The notes beneath the pieces were generated by a model. That model was not told the DNA's origin. It worked only from the letters and a program-made list of their open reading frames with translations, and made no database searches. A program made the position numbers and the translations under genes. 64,000 nucleotides of DNA from a bacterium (GTDB lineage Bacteria > UBA8248 > JACPRG01 > G963555815): contig OZ244653.1 of the NCBI GenBank assembly GCA_965218795.1, forward strand, positions 1,024,001-1,088,000, given 5' to 3'. How positions within the stretch are numbered: the stretch's first letter is position 1; the number at the start of each line of letters is the position of its first letter. Shown here piece by piece: positions 52,944 through 62,901 of the stretch.

Positions 52944-53756
52944 ATGCTCACCGCCGCTGTCTCGAAAGACGCCCTGTCGGATCTGAGCCCGAGGGAAATC
53001 CGTGCGCTCACCCGGGAAGGCAGATGGCAAGGCCGCTCCGAATCCCTCGCCCCGGGCCATGTTCAGGCCAATGTCACCGTCCTGCCGAGAGACACGGCGT
53101 TCGATTTCCTCCTGTTCTGCCAACGAAACCCAAAGCCTTGTCCATTGCTGGAAGTGACGGACCCGGGCTCTCCGCTCCTTTGTCGGATGGCGGATGCGGA
53201 CCTCCGTACGGATCTGTCCCGATACCAGGTTTTCGAAAAGGGCCGTCCGATTGATGAGCCGGAGAATATCCTTGAACTGTGGCAAGAAAATTGGGTCGGG
53301 TTTCTTCTGGGATGCAGTGACTCGTTCGAAACGGCCCTCCTCAGCGCCGGGGTTTCGTTACGCCACATCGAAGAGAACAGGAGCGCTCCCATCTACGAGA
53401 CGAACCTGCCCTGTACGTCGGCGGGGCGCTTCTCAGGACCCCTGCTCGTCAGTATGCGGCCCATCCGAAGCGACCAGGCCGTCCGGGCCATTCAGGTGAC
53501 TTCGCGCCTGCCCGCGGCACACGGCGCGCCGGTCCACATCGGCGATCCATCCGCCATGGGGATCGACGATCTGGCCGATACACGCTACGGCACCGACCCG
53601 ATGACGATCGGTCCGGATGAGGTCCCCCTTTTCTGGGCCTGCGCCTTTACACCCCAGGCCGCTGCGCTGGCCGCGGGGATCGACTTCATGATCACCCACA
53701 AGCCGGGACACTTGTTCATCACCGACCGGTTGACGGAGGAAGTTGCCGCACTATAG
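52944..53756 (+). CDS. D-glutamate cyclase-like putative hydro-lyase, copy 3 (diverged)
   Basis: Same fold; GCSDSFE and WACAFTPQ variants. Confidence 0.88.
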   Translation: MLTAAVSKDALSDLSPREIRALTREGRWQGRSESLAPGHVQANVTVLPRDTAFDFLLFCQRNPKPCPLLEVTDPGSPLLCRMADADLRTDLSRYQVFEKGRPIDEPENILELWQENWVGFLLGCSDSFETALLSAGVSLRHIEENRSAPIYETNLPCTSAGRFSGPLLVSMRPIRSDQAVRAIQVTSRLPAAHGAPVHIGDPSAMGIDDLADTRYGTDPMTIGPDEVPLFWACAFTPQAAALAAGIDFMITHKPGHLFITDRLTEEVAAL

Positions 53757-53810
53757 GCAAACTGGACAGGCCAAGGGTCCGCGGCACGAGCGACCTCGAA
53801 GAGGAAGCCA

Positions 53811-54842
53811 TTGAAAGCAGCCCTGTTTCACGAATATGGTTCCGCCGATACCCTGAAATTCGAGGACGTCGAACCCTTGCCCGTCGGGCCGCGGGATGCC
53901 CGGGTCAAGGTCCGGGCATCGGCCATGAATTGGCTGGACATCACGGTTCGGAGCGGCCAGTACCGCGCGAACCGGGATTTTCCGCACATCCTCGGGAGCG
54001 ACATCGCCGGGGAAGTCGTCGAGGTCGGCTCCGAAGTCACCAACGTCAAGCCCGGCGACCCCGTTGTGGTTTACGCCACAGTCAGTTGCGGGGCCTGCGA
54101 GCTGTGCAGGCGGGGCGAACCCAACGGCTGCCGGCATTATCGGTATTACGGCTCTGTCCTCTGGGGGGGCTACGCCCAATACTGGACCGGCCTGGCGGCC
54201 AATCTGATCCCCCTGTATCACGGACTGGATTTCGCCGAATGCGCCGCCGTCAACCTCACCTTTCTGACGGCCTGGCACATGCTCAGACGGGCCGAAGCGC
54301 GGGCGGGCGAGGACATCCTGATCCACGCGGCGGGAAGCGGCGTGGGCGTTGCCGCGGTTCAACTCGCGAAGCTCCAGGGTCTCCGAGTCATCGGCACGGC
54401 GGGCACGGATGAGAAATGTCAGCGGGCGCTGGACCTCGGAGCCGATCACATGATCAACTACAAGAAGCAGAACTTCCGCGAGGAGGTGATGACGTTCACC
54501 GGGAAGCGGGGCGTGGACGTCGTTGTCGATCACGTGGGGAAGGACACCTGGGAGGACAGTGTCCGAAGCCTGACGCGGATGGGCCGCCTCGTCACGTGCG
54601 GGGGCACATCGGGTTATGACGTCAACATGAACCTGGCATTCCTGTTTCAGAAACAACTGAGCCTCATCGGTTCGATTCACGGCACCCTGTATGAGTTGGC
54701 GACGATCATCAAGTTATTGGAGGCGGGCCGGGTCAAGCCGATCATCGCCCGGAAATTCCCGCTCCGGGAGGCCGCGGAGGCCCACCGGCTGATGGAATCG
54801 CGGGATTTGTTCGGGAAGATCATCCTGGAGCCCGAGCACTGA
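53811..54842 (+). CDS. Zinc-binding MDR dehydrogenase/quinone reductase
   Basis: PHILGSD.AG, CGACELC...C structural Zn, AAGSGVG, FGKI. Confidence 0.9.
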   Translation: MKAALFHEYGSADTLKFEDVEPLPVGPRDARVKVRASAMNWLDITVRSGQYRANRDFPHILGSDIAGEVVEVGSEVTNVKPGDPVVVYATVSCGACELCRRGEPNGCRHYRYYGSVLWGGYAQYWTGLAANLIPLYHGLDFAECAAVNLTFLTAWHMLRRAEARAGEDILIHAAGSGVGVAAVQLAKLQGLRVIGTAGTDEKCQRALDLGADHMINYKKQNFREEVMTFTGKRGVDVVVDHVGKDTWEDSVRSLTRMGRLVTCGGTSGYDVNMNLAFLFQKQLSLIGSIHGTLYELATIIKLLEAGRVKPIIARKFPLREAAEAHRLMESRDLFGKIILEPEH

Positions 54843-55281
54843 GAACCCAAAGGAGAGGCGAGCCGGCGTTTCCGGCAACCCGCTGAGCCCAACCGGCGCC
54901 GTCTTGGACCGGGAACCGTTCCGGGGGGAAAGACTCTGTTCGAGAACTGGATCGGCCGAATTCAGCCGCCCAATCTCATGAAACCCACGCTGATGGATCG
55001 GTCTGAAGCCCCATGCAAGGAGGTGGCCGGCCCGGAAGAGGAAGGCGGCCTCCAAAAGCTTTCCATTGATATGTACACGGGGAAGATGGACCCTCTTCCT
55101 CTCCAAGTTCGTCTGCTTCACCCGGCGCCCCGACACGGACGCCAACCACTTCGCGAGCTGACGTCTCCACGCCAAGGGTCTCAAGATCGGCGGCGGGACC
55201 TTCCGTCGCGATCAGGCTCGACTCAGCGGCAACGCCGAATCATTGCGCATCCGCCCGTTCCCCTGAAAAGGACATAAACCC

Positions 55282-56787
55282 TTGGCGCGCCGACATCATA
55301 TGATCGTCATCGGAGGCGGATCGGCCGGCTGCGTGATCGCCGCCAGGCTTTCCGAGGATCCCGGGCGGAACGTCCTTCTCCTGGAGCGCGGGGACGACCC
55401 GCATCCCGTTCCGGACCTCGTGTCCGACCCCATGCAAGCCCGCCGGATCCGCGTCGACACCCACTACGTCGCCCGGTATCCGACCCAAAGAAATTTCGAC
55501 GCCAGCGGATTCGACACCCTGGCCGCCCGGGTCATGGGCGGCGGGTCCACCGTCAACATGATGTCCGTCACACGACCGCTCCAGGCGGATTTCAACGCGT
55601 GGGCCGCCCTGGGCAATTCGGAATGGTCGTGGGGAAAGATGCTCCCCATTCTCAAGCGGATGGAATCGGATCGCGAATATCCCAGCCACCCTCTCCACGG
55701 GTCCGGAGGCCCCCTGCATTGCGAACGCCGCCTGGACTTCTCGGACCCTATCGACGGAATCGAAAGGGCCCTGGTGGAAGGCGCCCTGGACATGGGCCTG
55801 CCGATCTCGCCGGACCACAACGCTCCCTCGCCGTACGGGATTTCCAGGTCTGTCTCCAACATCAAGGAAGGCCGGCGTCAGTCCGCCGCCATAGCCTATC
55901 TGGAGCCTGCCAGACGGCGGGGAAACCTCAGGATCGTCGACAAGGCCCAGGTGCTCGCCCTGGACATCGAGGGCAGCCGGGCCGTGGGCGTCCGGTATTC
56001 GAAGGATGGCCGGGCACACACGGCAACGGGAGAGCGGATTGTCCTCAGCGCGGGGGTCTATCACTCGCCGCAGATCCTGATGTTGTCGGGGATCGGTCCG
56101 ACGGAAGGAGTGGAGGCGCACGGAATTCGCGCCGTTCACGAATTGAAGGGGGTCGGAACGAACCTTCAGGATCACTCCGTGGTCACGCTGACGTTCGAAG
56201 CGGCCAGGGCGACGGACACCGCCTGGCTCGTCCCGGGATTCGTCCTGAACCTGAAAAGCGATCCGGGCCGCCGCCACCTCGACACCCACGTCTACATCCG
56301 GCCCATCGCTGAGGGAAACGGAGGCGAACCCGTCTATCCGATCACCGTCCATCTGCTCGAACAGCGGACCCGGGGCCGGGTGTATCTCCGCAGCCCCGAT
56401 CCGTTGGATCCGCCGGGAATCGATCCGAACATGCTGGAAGACCCCGGGGACGTGGAAGCCCTCGTTCGTTCGATGCGGTTCGTTGAGCGGTTGGCGCAAA
56501 CCCCGCCCATGAAAGCGTTTTACGGCTCCCTGCTCCGGCCCCGGACCGATGAAGACTGGGCCGGTTACGCGCGGTCGAATTACGACAGCTTCCGCCACGG
56601 CGTCGGGACCTGCGCCATGGGTCCGGAGGCGGGTCAAGGAGCCGTCGTCGACCCGCAATTGCGCGTACACGGATTCGACAACCTTTATGTGGCCGACGCC
56701 TCCGTGATGCCCATCCTTCCACACGCTCACACCAACCTCGCCGCCATGATGATCGGCGAGCGGTTCGCCGAATTGTTCCCCGGCTGA
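55282..56787 (+). CDS. GMC-family oxidoreductase (choline dehydrogenase-like)
   Basis: GGGSAG, MGGGSTVN, LMLSGIG, NLQDH, HGVGTCAMG, DASVMP, TN. Confidence 0.92.
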   Translation: MARRHHMIVIGGGSAGCVIAARLSEDPGRNVLLLERGDDPHPVPDLVSDPMQARRIRVDTHYVARYPTQRNFDASGFDTLAARVMGGGSTVNMMSVTRPLQADFNAWAALGNSEWSWGKMLPILKRMESDREYPSHPLHGSGGPLHCERRLDFSDPIDGIERALVEGALDMGLPISPDHNAPSPYGISRSVSNIKEGRRQSAAIAYLEPARRRGNLRIVDKAQVLALDIEGSRAVGVRYSKDGRAHTATGERIVLSAGVYHSPQILMLSGIGPTEGVEAHGIRAVHELKGVGTNLQDHSVVTLTFEAARATDTAWLVPGFVLNLKSDPGRRHLDTHVYIRPIAEGNGGEPVYPITVHLLEQRTRGRVYLRSPDPLDPPGIDPNMLEDPGDVEALVRSMRFVERLAQTPPMKAFYGSLLRPRTDEDWAGYARSNYDSFRHGVGTCAMGPEAGQGAVVDPQLRVHGFDNLYVADASVMPILPHAHTNLAAMMIGERFAELFPG

Positions 56788-56899
56788 TCCGCCGCGGGGA
56801 CATCGATCACCTTCCTCTCCACGCCAGGTCACGCCTTCCCTTCCTCCATGCTTGGGAGGAGGCGCTGGAGCGTCTCTCGACGGCACCCTGATGATTGGA

Positions 56900-57078
56900 C
56901 GTTTTGGGCCGGCTTCAACGATATCGCCATGACGGCCGGGCACGCGACGACGTTCGAGAACGACAAGGAAACGGCCGCGACGGGTATCATCGTCACCGGG
57001 CTGGCGGGAAAGGGTTTCCCAATCGAGATCAACGAGATCGCGGTCCTGCCCGCGTCATCGCCCCGCCCATCAAATTGA
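56900..57078 (+). pseudogene. RidA-like C-terminal remnant
   Basis: AATGIIVTGLAGKGFPIEINEIAV resembles the RidA C-terminus; no N-terminus. Confidence 0.45.
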
Positions 57079-57116
57079 CTGTCGGGTTTCGAGGGAGCGT
57101 TCGGTCTCGGAGGGAA

Positions 57117-58739
57117 TCAGAAAGCGTACGTGAACTCACCCATGGTCCCTGTTTCGGCCTCCGCTCTCAACTGATTGCGCCGGATCTTCCCATTGGCCGT
57201 CTTTGGCAACTCCGGAAGAAACTCGATCATTTTGGGGACCTTGTAAGGAGCGATTCGCCCGAGGAGCGTTTCCCGAATCTCTCGGGCCACCTCCCGGCCG
57301 GGTTCACCGCCCGGTTTCAGAACAACGAACGCCTTGATTCGCTGCCCCAGCTCCGCGTCCGGAACGCCGATCACCCCCGCCTCCAGCACGCCCGGGTGTT
57401 CCATGCAGGTCTCTTCGACCTCCTTTGGAGACACCAGATAACCCCGGCTCTTGATCAGGTCGTCCTGCCGGCTCAGGTACCAGAGGTAGCCGTCCCCGTC
57501 GAACCGCGCGATGTCGCCGGTGTAGTAGAAGCCGTCAACGAAACTTTCGGCGAATGTCTCGGGCATCTCCCGGTACTCGAGGAACATGGCGGGATGGTCC
57601 CCGCGAACGGCGATCCGTCCGGGCTCTCCGTCAGGCACGGGACCGCCTTCGTCACCGTGAAGCTCGACAACGATCCCGGGAAAAACCTTTCCCGCAGAGC
57701 CGGGCTTGATCGGTTCGCCATAGAGGTTGCAGCAGAACTTCTGCAACTCCGAAACTCCGATCCCGTCGAGGATGTCGCAGCCGAACCGCTCCTTCCACGT
57801 CCGGTAGGTTTCGGGAGGCAGGGTCTCCCCTGAACTCATGCAGACCCTCAGCGCGCCCAGGTCGAAGCGATCCCCTACGGGCGTTCGGGCCAGGATCATC
57901 CGGTACGCCGTCGGGACCGTGGCGAAGATGGTGATCCTCATCTCCGAAACGATGCGGACGGCCTCTGTCGGATCGAACCGTTCCGGGTGGATGTAGATGG
58001 CCGCGCCGCAATAGAGCGGATAGAACAGCCCATGCCCCAGCCCGAATCCGAAGCTGAAATCCGCCGGACTCCAGATCCGATCCTCGGGGGTTGCCTTCAT
58101 GGCGAGCTTTCCGATTGGATCGCCGGTGCCGACAAGCCAGCGGTGGGCGTGGACGATCCCCTTGGGTCGGCCGGTCGTCCCGGACGTGTAGAGCATATAC
58201 GCCACGTCTTCGGAGGTTGCCGGCAGGCCCGGCGGGCCGACAGGCCCGGCCGAAGAAAGTGAGTCAAAGGCGACCGTTCCATCACCCTCGCCGTCGAACA
58301 GGATCACGTTCTTCAGGGTCGGACAATCCCGCCGGACGTCCAGAACCGCGTCCAGGCGGTCGCGGGTTGTGAACACCGCGACCGCATCGGCGTTCTCGAT
58401 CACCTGTCGAAGCTCTCTCGGTCCCAGCAAGGCGCTGGTCAGGACCGGGACCGCGCCAATCTTCATTCCGGCCAGGACGGAGATGACATATTCGGGCCGG
58501 TTACCCGATCGGAGGATGTACGCCTTGCCCCGCGTAATCCCCAGTTCCACGAGCGCTCCGGCCATTCGCAGGCTGCGCGCCTCCAGCTCCCCGAAGGTGA
58601 TTTTCTCTTTTCCATAGAGGATGGCTGTGTCGTCCGCCCTGCCCTCTTCCACCCACCGTGCGCACGCGGCATGCGCCATGTTGAAATCCGGCGGCACGTT
58701 CAGATAGTCGGGGGGCAGCGGTACGTCCCAGTTCCCCAT
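57117..58739 (-). CDS. Benzoate-CoA-ligase-like acyl-CoA synthetase
   Basis: YTSGTTGRPKG, SSGE, DGIGVSE, YTGD, R.DD, KTANGK. Confidence 0.9.
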   Translation of the reverse strand: MGNWDVPLPPDYLNVPPDFNMAHAACARWVEEGRADDTAILYGKEKITFGELEARSLRMAGALVELGITRGKAYILRSGNRPEYVISVLAGMKIGAVPVLTSALLGPRELRQVIENADAVAVFTTRDRLDAVLDVRRDCPTLKNVILFDGEGDGTVAFDSLSSAGPVGPPGLPATSEDVAYMLYTSGTTGRPKGIVHAHRWLVGTGDPIGKLAMKATPEDRIWSPADFSFGFGLGHGLFYPLYCGAAIYIHPERFDPTEAVRIVSEMRITIFATVPTAYRMILARTPVGDRFDLGALRVCMSSGETLPPETYRTWKERFGCDILDGIGVSELQKFCCNLYGEPIKPGSAGKVFPGIVVELHGDEGGPVPDGEPGRIAVRGDHPAMFLEYREMPETFAESFVDGFYYTGDIARFDGDGYLWYLSRQDDLIKSRGYLVSPKEVEETCMEHPGVLEAGVIGVPDAELGQRIKAFVVLKPGGEPGREVAREIRETLLGRIAPYKVPKMIEFLPELPKTANGKIRRNQLRAEAETGTMGEFTYAF

Positions 58740-58894
58740 GAAGTCTCCCCTTCGCATGGCGTGGGGCAAAGACGGGGCAACAAAAATTTTCAAAGGCATT
58801 ATTATAGGAGCTTCTGGAACGCTTGGTGCAGGCGAACTGCGACGCTTCAGTCGGTGCTGAAGGAAGCGGGAGTCTCATGCGGATGAAGCCCTGG

Positions 58895-59045
58895 ATGTCC
58901 TTTGCAGAGCCGACGCATGGTCTGAGGATTCATTATGAAGTCCAGCAGGGAAGGTCCGCCCCACCATGCCGAACAGATTCACGGCCTGATACGGAGATCG
59001 CAACTGGTGATCCTCGAATGGCGCGGGCACGTCACGCTGATTGAG
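58895..59045 (+). pseudogene. Internally deleted alpha/beta hydrolase remnant
   Basis: MSFAEPTHGLRIHYEVQ start joined out of frame to AEQIHGLIRRSQLVILEWRGHVTLIE. Confidence 0.4.
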
Positions 59046-59072
59046 GTTCTGGAGTCCTTCGCCCGCCTCTGC

Positions 59073-59125
59073 CTGGATCCCTGCTAAGCCTGTCCTCGAA
59101 TGTCTTAATCGGGGGCAGGAATGAC
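59073..59125. repeat. REP-like palindrome with nested insert (inverted relative to 27202)
   Basis: GGATCCCTGC...GCAGGAATGAC around AAGCCTGTCCTCGAATGTCTTAATCGGGG. Confidence 0.75.
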
Positions 59126-59362
59126 GGGCGCGGGCGAAGCATGCCCCCGAATACTTCAATCGGGGGGCGGTGTCATCTCAGCCGTCATCTGAATGGGCAC
59201 TTCATGATGGACAAAGGGAAGGCGCGAGAGGCACAATAACTCAATCTTCCATGCGATCCGGCTCGGGCGCAGCGCATCCACCGGATAGCGCATCGCCTCG
59301 GAGCGGGGGCCGAGTCGAGGCCAATCCGGGCCATCGAATCTTGAACGGTAAGGAGAGTCAAA

Positions 59363-59743
59363 ATGCCTTGGGAAGCGATCAAATCCGACAACCTGCCGGG
59401 CCACATTACCTGGATGACCCCGGCGGCGAAGGTTGGAAATCTGCTCATCACGGGCGGCCAGGTTCCCCGGGACCCGAAAACGCTGGAGATCCCCAAAGAT
59501 ATCCAGGGTCAAACCCGTCAGTGCATGGAAAATCTGAAAACCGTCGTTGAGGCCGCGGGCGGAACCATGAGCGACTACATCCGTTTCACGGTCTACATCA
59601 CCGACATGAAGAATTGGGCGGCCATGAACGAAGTGTACCGGGAATTCATCAACGAAGAAAAGCCTCCGGCCCGGCTTTGCTGCCAGACCGGCCTGAATAC
59701 GGATTACCTGGTAGAAATTGACGGAATCGCTGTCATCGATTAA
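59363..59743 (+). CDS. RidA/YjgF-family protein
   Basis: GGQVP, QTRQ.MEN, MNEVY, PPAR, VEID. Confidence 0.9.
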   Translation: MPWEAIKSDNLPGHITWMTPAAKVGNLLITGGQVPRDPKTLEIPKDIQGQTRQCMENLKTVVEAAGGTMSDYIRFTVYITDMKNWAAMNEVYREFINEEKPPARLCCQTGLNTDYLVEIDGIAVID

Positions 59744-59791
59744 GGGATCGATCCCCGCGCGGGGGATCCATTGAATAGAGGGGGAAGGACA

Positions 59792-60229
59792 ATGACTGCC
59801 CCTGTCCGCGTAACCGGCCTGCACCACATCACGTTGGTCACGCGCCACATGGATGACATGGTCGAATTTTTTGAAGAGGTCGTGGGCTTGGGTCTGGTGA
59901 AATCCGATGTCAACCTGGATTCTCCCGATCAGAGCCATTACTTCTTCGGCGATGAAGAAGGCAATCCCTCGTCATTGGTCACTTTCTTCGAGATTCCGGA
60001 GGCGGGGGACAACCACCTCGGCGCCGGCGGCATGCACCACATCGCGATCGGAGTGGAGGAAGAAAGCGACCTCTATGGGCAAATACAGCTTCTCGATTCC
60101 AAAGGGATCGAGCATTCGGGGATCGTCGATCGGCATTATTGGAAGGCCCTGTATTTCCGCGGTCCGGATGGCTTGCTGGTCGAGTTCGCCACCCAGGGAC
60201 CGCCTATCCGAGCCTTCGAACACAATTGA
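59792..60229 (+). CDS. VOC-family protein (MhqO-like single module)
   Basis: GLHHIT, HYFFGD, TFFE, HHIA, DRHY..LYF.GPDG..VE. Confidence 0.88.
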   Translation: MTAPVRVTGLHHITLVTRHMDDMVEFFEEVVGLGLVKSDVNLDSPDQSHYFFGDEEGNPSSLVTFFEIPEAGDNHLGAGGMHHIAIGVEEESDLYGQIQLLDSKGIEHSGIVDRHYWKALYFRGPDGLLVEFATQGPPIRAFEHN

Positions 60230-60246
60230 TATGGGGAATGGTTAGC

Positions 60247-60613
60247 TGTATGACTAGGCTTCTTTCCTCACAGATAGAATAAACTTCTTGACCGTGACGA
60301 TGGGTCGTCTCCCCATGTTGCGACAGCCCTGATGAGGGCGCTCGGTGTTGTAGAACTTGACGAGACGTCTTCAGATCCTTCTCTCACAGCCCGTCCTGTG
60401 TTGCCTGGATTCCTGCTTGCGCAGGAATGACGAAACAGAGTCACGCAACCCCACCCATCGGTCATTCCCGCCCCCGACGAAAGCCTTCGGGGACAGGCTG
60501 CGGCGGGAATCCATCTTCTCAGCCGTTGTCACGGCTCCTTCCCTCCGTTATCCGGGGGTTCTCGTTCCCCCTTTGCGAGATATCATTTGTTCGGGAAGAT
60601 ACCTAGTTGTACA
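60247..60613 (-). mobile_element. Internally deleted IS481-family element carrying a REP pair
   Basis: IRs TGTATGACTAGGCTTCTT / TGTACAACTAGGTATCTT; minus strand RBS+MTTAEK start and KFYNTERPHQGCRNMGRRP C-terminus. Confidence 0.75.
60405..60513. repeat. Inverted REP pair, second copy with nested insert
   Basis: CTGGATTCCTGCTTGCGCAGGAATGAC and GTCATTCCCGC-CCCCGACGAAAGCCTTCGGGGACAGGCT-GCGGCGGGAATCCA. Confidence 0.8.
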
Positions 60614-60615
60614 GC

Positions 60616-60948
60616 TTAGCGAAGATACCGCATCTCCAGCGTGATGCATCCCTCGTCCGTTCGATACGGACCGTGCCTCATGCCGGGGGGACGGCAGGCG
60701 TACATCCCCTTCTTGAAGTGCTGGTCCCCGTCCCACTGGCTTCCTTCCACGATATAGACTTCCTCCCAAAAATCATGGACGAAGGTTTCCGTGCTCGCGG
60801 TGCCCGGCTCCGCCTTCAGGAGCCGAGTGATGAACATCTTATCCGGGTCCTCGCTCAAGATTTTCTGAAAATGACCCGGCGGGGACCCCTCCACGGGCAC
60901 CCACTCCAACCGATCGACAGGAAAGAACTCACGTTCCTCTTTGGGCAT
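60616..60948 (-). CDS. ChrR-like cupin
   Basis: HDFWEEVYIVEG, YACRPPGMRHGPY. Confidence 0.85.
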   Translation of the reverse strand: MPKEEREFFPVDRLEWVPVEGSPPGHFQKILSEDPDKMFITRLLKAEPGTASTETFVHDFWEEVYIVEGSQWDGDQHFKKGMYACRPPGMRHGPYRTDEGCITLEMRYLR

Positions 60949-61304
60949 AATGGTTTTCCCTCGTTTCCTCTACGGGTCCATGAGACATTCAAGCCACGAT
61001 TGGAGCAAGTATCCGCACTTCGCGCGACGAAGACAAGGGGTCGAAACCTCAGTGAGCCCAAGCTCGAACGGATGTCAAAGATGATGGAGATACTTTCCAG
61101 GAGAGGGCTCTTTGGGAGGCAACGAGCCTCCGCGCTTTTGCGACGCCCATCGGGCGCCGCAGCCGGGCTGAATCGTGGTATCGAAAATCATAGCCCCTTG
61201 CGTCCGGCGAAACCGGCGGGTATTGATTGTTTTGGGGATTTAGGGATGATAGGGGTTCGGGTTGACTTCCGGATCGAGAGAACCGCTGTCCCGAGAGTAA
61301 CGCG

Positions 61305-62897
61305 ATGAATCCTGATTTCCCACTGAATTTAACGGACTTTCTGGCGCGAAAAGCGCGAAGAAACCGGGACTGCATATTTTTGCGCTTCGCCGACGAAGAG
61401 GTCTCGTACGGCCAGTTCGAGCAAAGGACGAATCAGGCGGCCAACGCACTCCTCCACATGGGAATCAACAAGGGTGACCGAGTGTGCCTGATGCTGTCGA
61501 ACCGCCCGGAGTTTCTTTATCTCTGGTTCGGCCTCGCCAAGATCGGCGGCGTCATGGTTCCCGTCAACACCGCCTTCAAAGAGAAGGAGGCCGCCTACGT
61601 CATCCAGCATTCCGGCGCAGCCGCTGTTCTCACCGAATCGGATTTTTCAGAGGTCATCGTGGCTCTGCAGCCGGATTGCCCCTCGGTCCGCCAGTGGTTT
61701 TCTCTGGATGACGAATCCGATTCTCGATTCCAGCGTCTCGATGATGTCCGTGAAACCGCGAACGATCATCCTCCCGGGGTCGAGGTTTCAGAAGACGATC
61801 TCTTGTCCATCATCTATACGTCCGGCACGACGGGGCGTCCGAAGGGCGCCATGCATTGCCACAGGACGTACATCCTGGCCGGATGGGCCTTCACCAAGCG
61901 ACTGGACCTCAATTCCGACGATCGCCTGATGGCTTTCATGCCCCTCTTTCATATCAACGCCCAGATATATTCCGCCATGGGCGCGCTGGCCGCCGAAGCC
62001 GGGCTTATCCTGCTCCCCCGTTTCAGTCTCAGCCGGTTTTGGGAAGCCGTCCGCCGCTACCGGCCGACGAAGTTCAACTGCCCCATCGCCGCGGCCTACC
62101 TCATCGCCAAGGAGCCGCCGACTCCCCGGGACAAGGACCACACGGTCCGGATGGTCTTCATGGGACCGCTGAAGGAGAACCTGGCGAAAACGTTCAAGGA
62201 ACGGTTCGGCATCGTCCCCATCGACGGCTACGGAATGACCGAATGCCCAAATATCTGCCAAAATCCCCACGACGGCCTTCGGAAGGTCGGGAGCATGGGC
62301 ATTCCAGCCACCTTCCCCGACCCGTCGATTCCCCTGACTGAGATGAAGCTCGTCGACGAGGAGGACCGTGACGTGCCGACCGGAGCCATCGGAGAGGTAG
62401 CCGTCCGGAGCCCGCTGCTCACCCTCGGCTACTACAAGGACCCGGAGCGCACGGCCGAAGCCATGCGGGGGGGATGGTTCCATACCGGAGACAACGCAAT
62501 CAAAGACGAGGACGGCTATTATTATTTCGTCGATAGGAAAAAAGACGTCATCCGGCGGCGCGGAGAGAACATTTCATCAGCCGAGGTGGAATCGGTCCTT
62601 CTCTCCCATCCCGAGGTCCTGGAGGCCGCCGTGATTCCCGTTCCATCGGAGCTCGGAGAGGACGACGTCAAGGCCTGCATCGTGACCCACCCGGACGCCG
62701 CCGTAAGGCCCGAGGCCCTGGCGGACTGGTGTGAAGGGAGACTGGCCCGATTCAAGGTCCCCCGGTACATCGAGTTTCGCGAGAGCCTTCCCAAGACGCC
62801 GACCCAAAAGGTCGAAAAGTATGTCCTGCGAAGCGAAAAGGTCGACCTGACCGAAGACTGTTGGGATCGCGAAACGGCCAAACCGTCACACACATGA
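61305..62897 (+). CDS. CaiC-like acyl-CoA ligase
   Basis: YTSGTTGRPKG, PLFHINAQ, YGMTE, WFHTGD, DRKKD.IRRRGENIS. Confidence 0.92.
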   Translation: MNPDFPLNLTDFLARKARRNRDCIFLRFADEEVSYGQFEQRTNQAANALLHMGINKGDRVCLMLSNRPEFLYLWFGLAKIGGVMVPVNTAFKEKEAAYVIQHSGAAAVLTESDFSEVIVALQPDCPSVRQWFSLDDESDSRFQRLDDVRETANDHPPGVEVSEDDLLSIIYTSGTTGRPKGAMHCHRTYILAGWAFTKRLDLNSDDRLMAFMPLFHINAQIYSAMGALAAEAGLILLPRFSLSRFWEAVRRYRPTKFNCPIAAAYLIAKEPPTPRDKDHTVRMVFMGPLKENLAKTFKERFGIVPIDGYGMTECPNICQNPHDGLRKVGSMGIPATFPDPSIPLTEMKLVDEEDRDVPTGAIGEVAVRSPLLTLGYYKDPERTAEAMRGGWFHTGDNAIKDEDGYYYFVDRKKDVIRRRGENISSAEVESVLLSHPEVLEAAVIPVPSELGEDDVKACIVTHPDAAVRPEALADWCEGRLARFKVPRYIEFRESLPKTPTQKVEKYVLRSEKVDLTEDCWDRETAKPSHT

Positions 62898-62901
62898 CCT
62901 G

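Noticed and set aside
54976-55277. ORF between the MDR and GMC genes
   Set aside because: No recognisable domain; at most a short EthD-like remnant (KFVCFTRRPD), too weak to call
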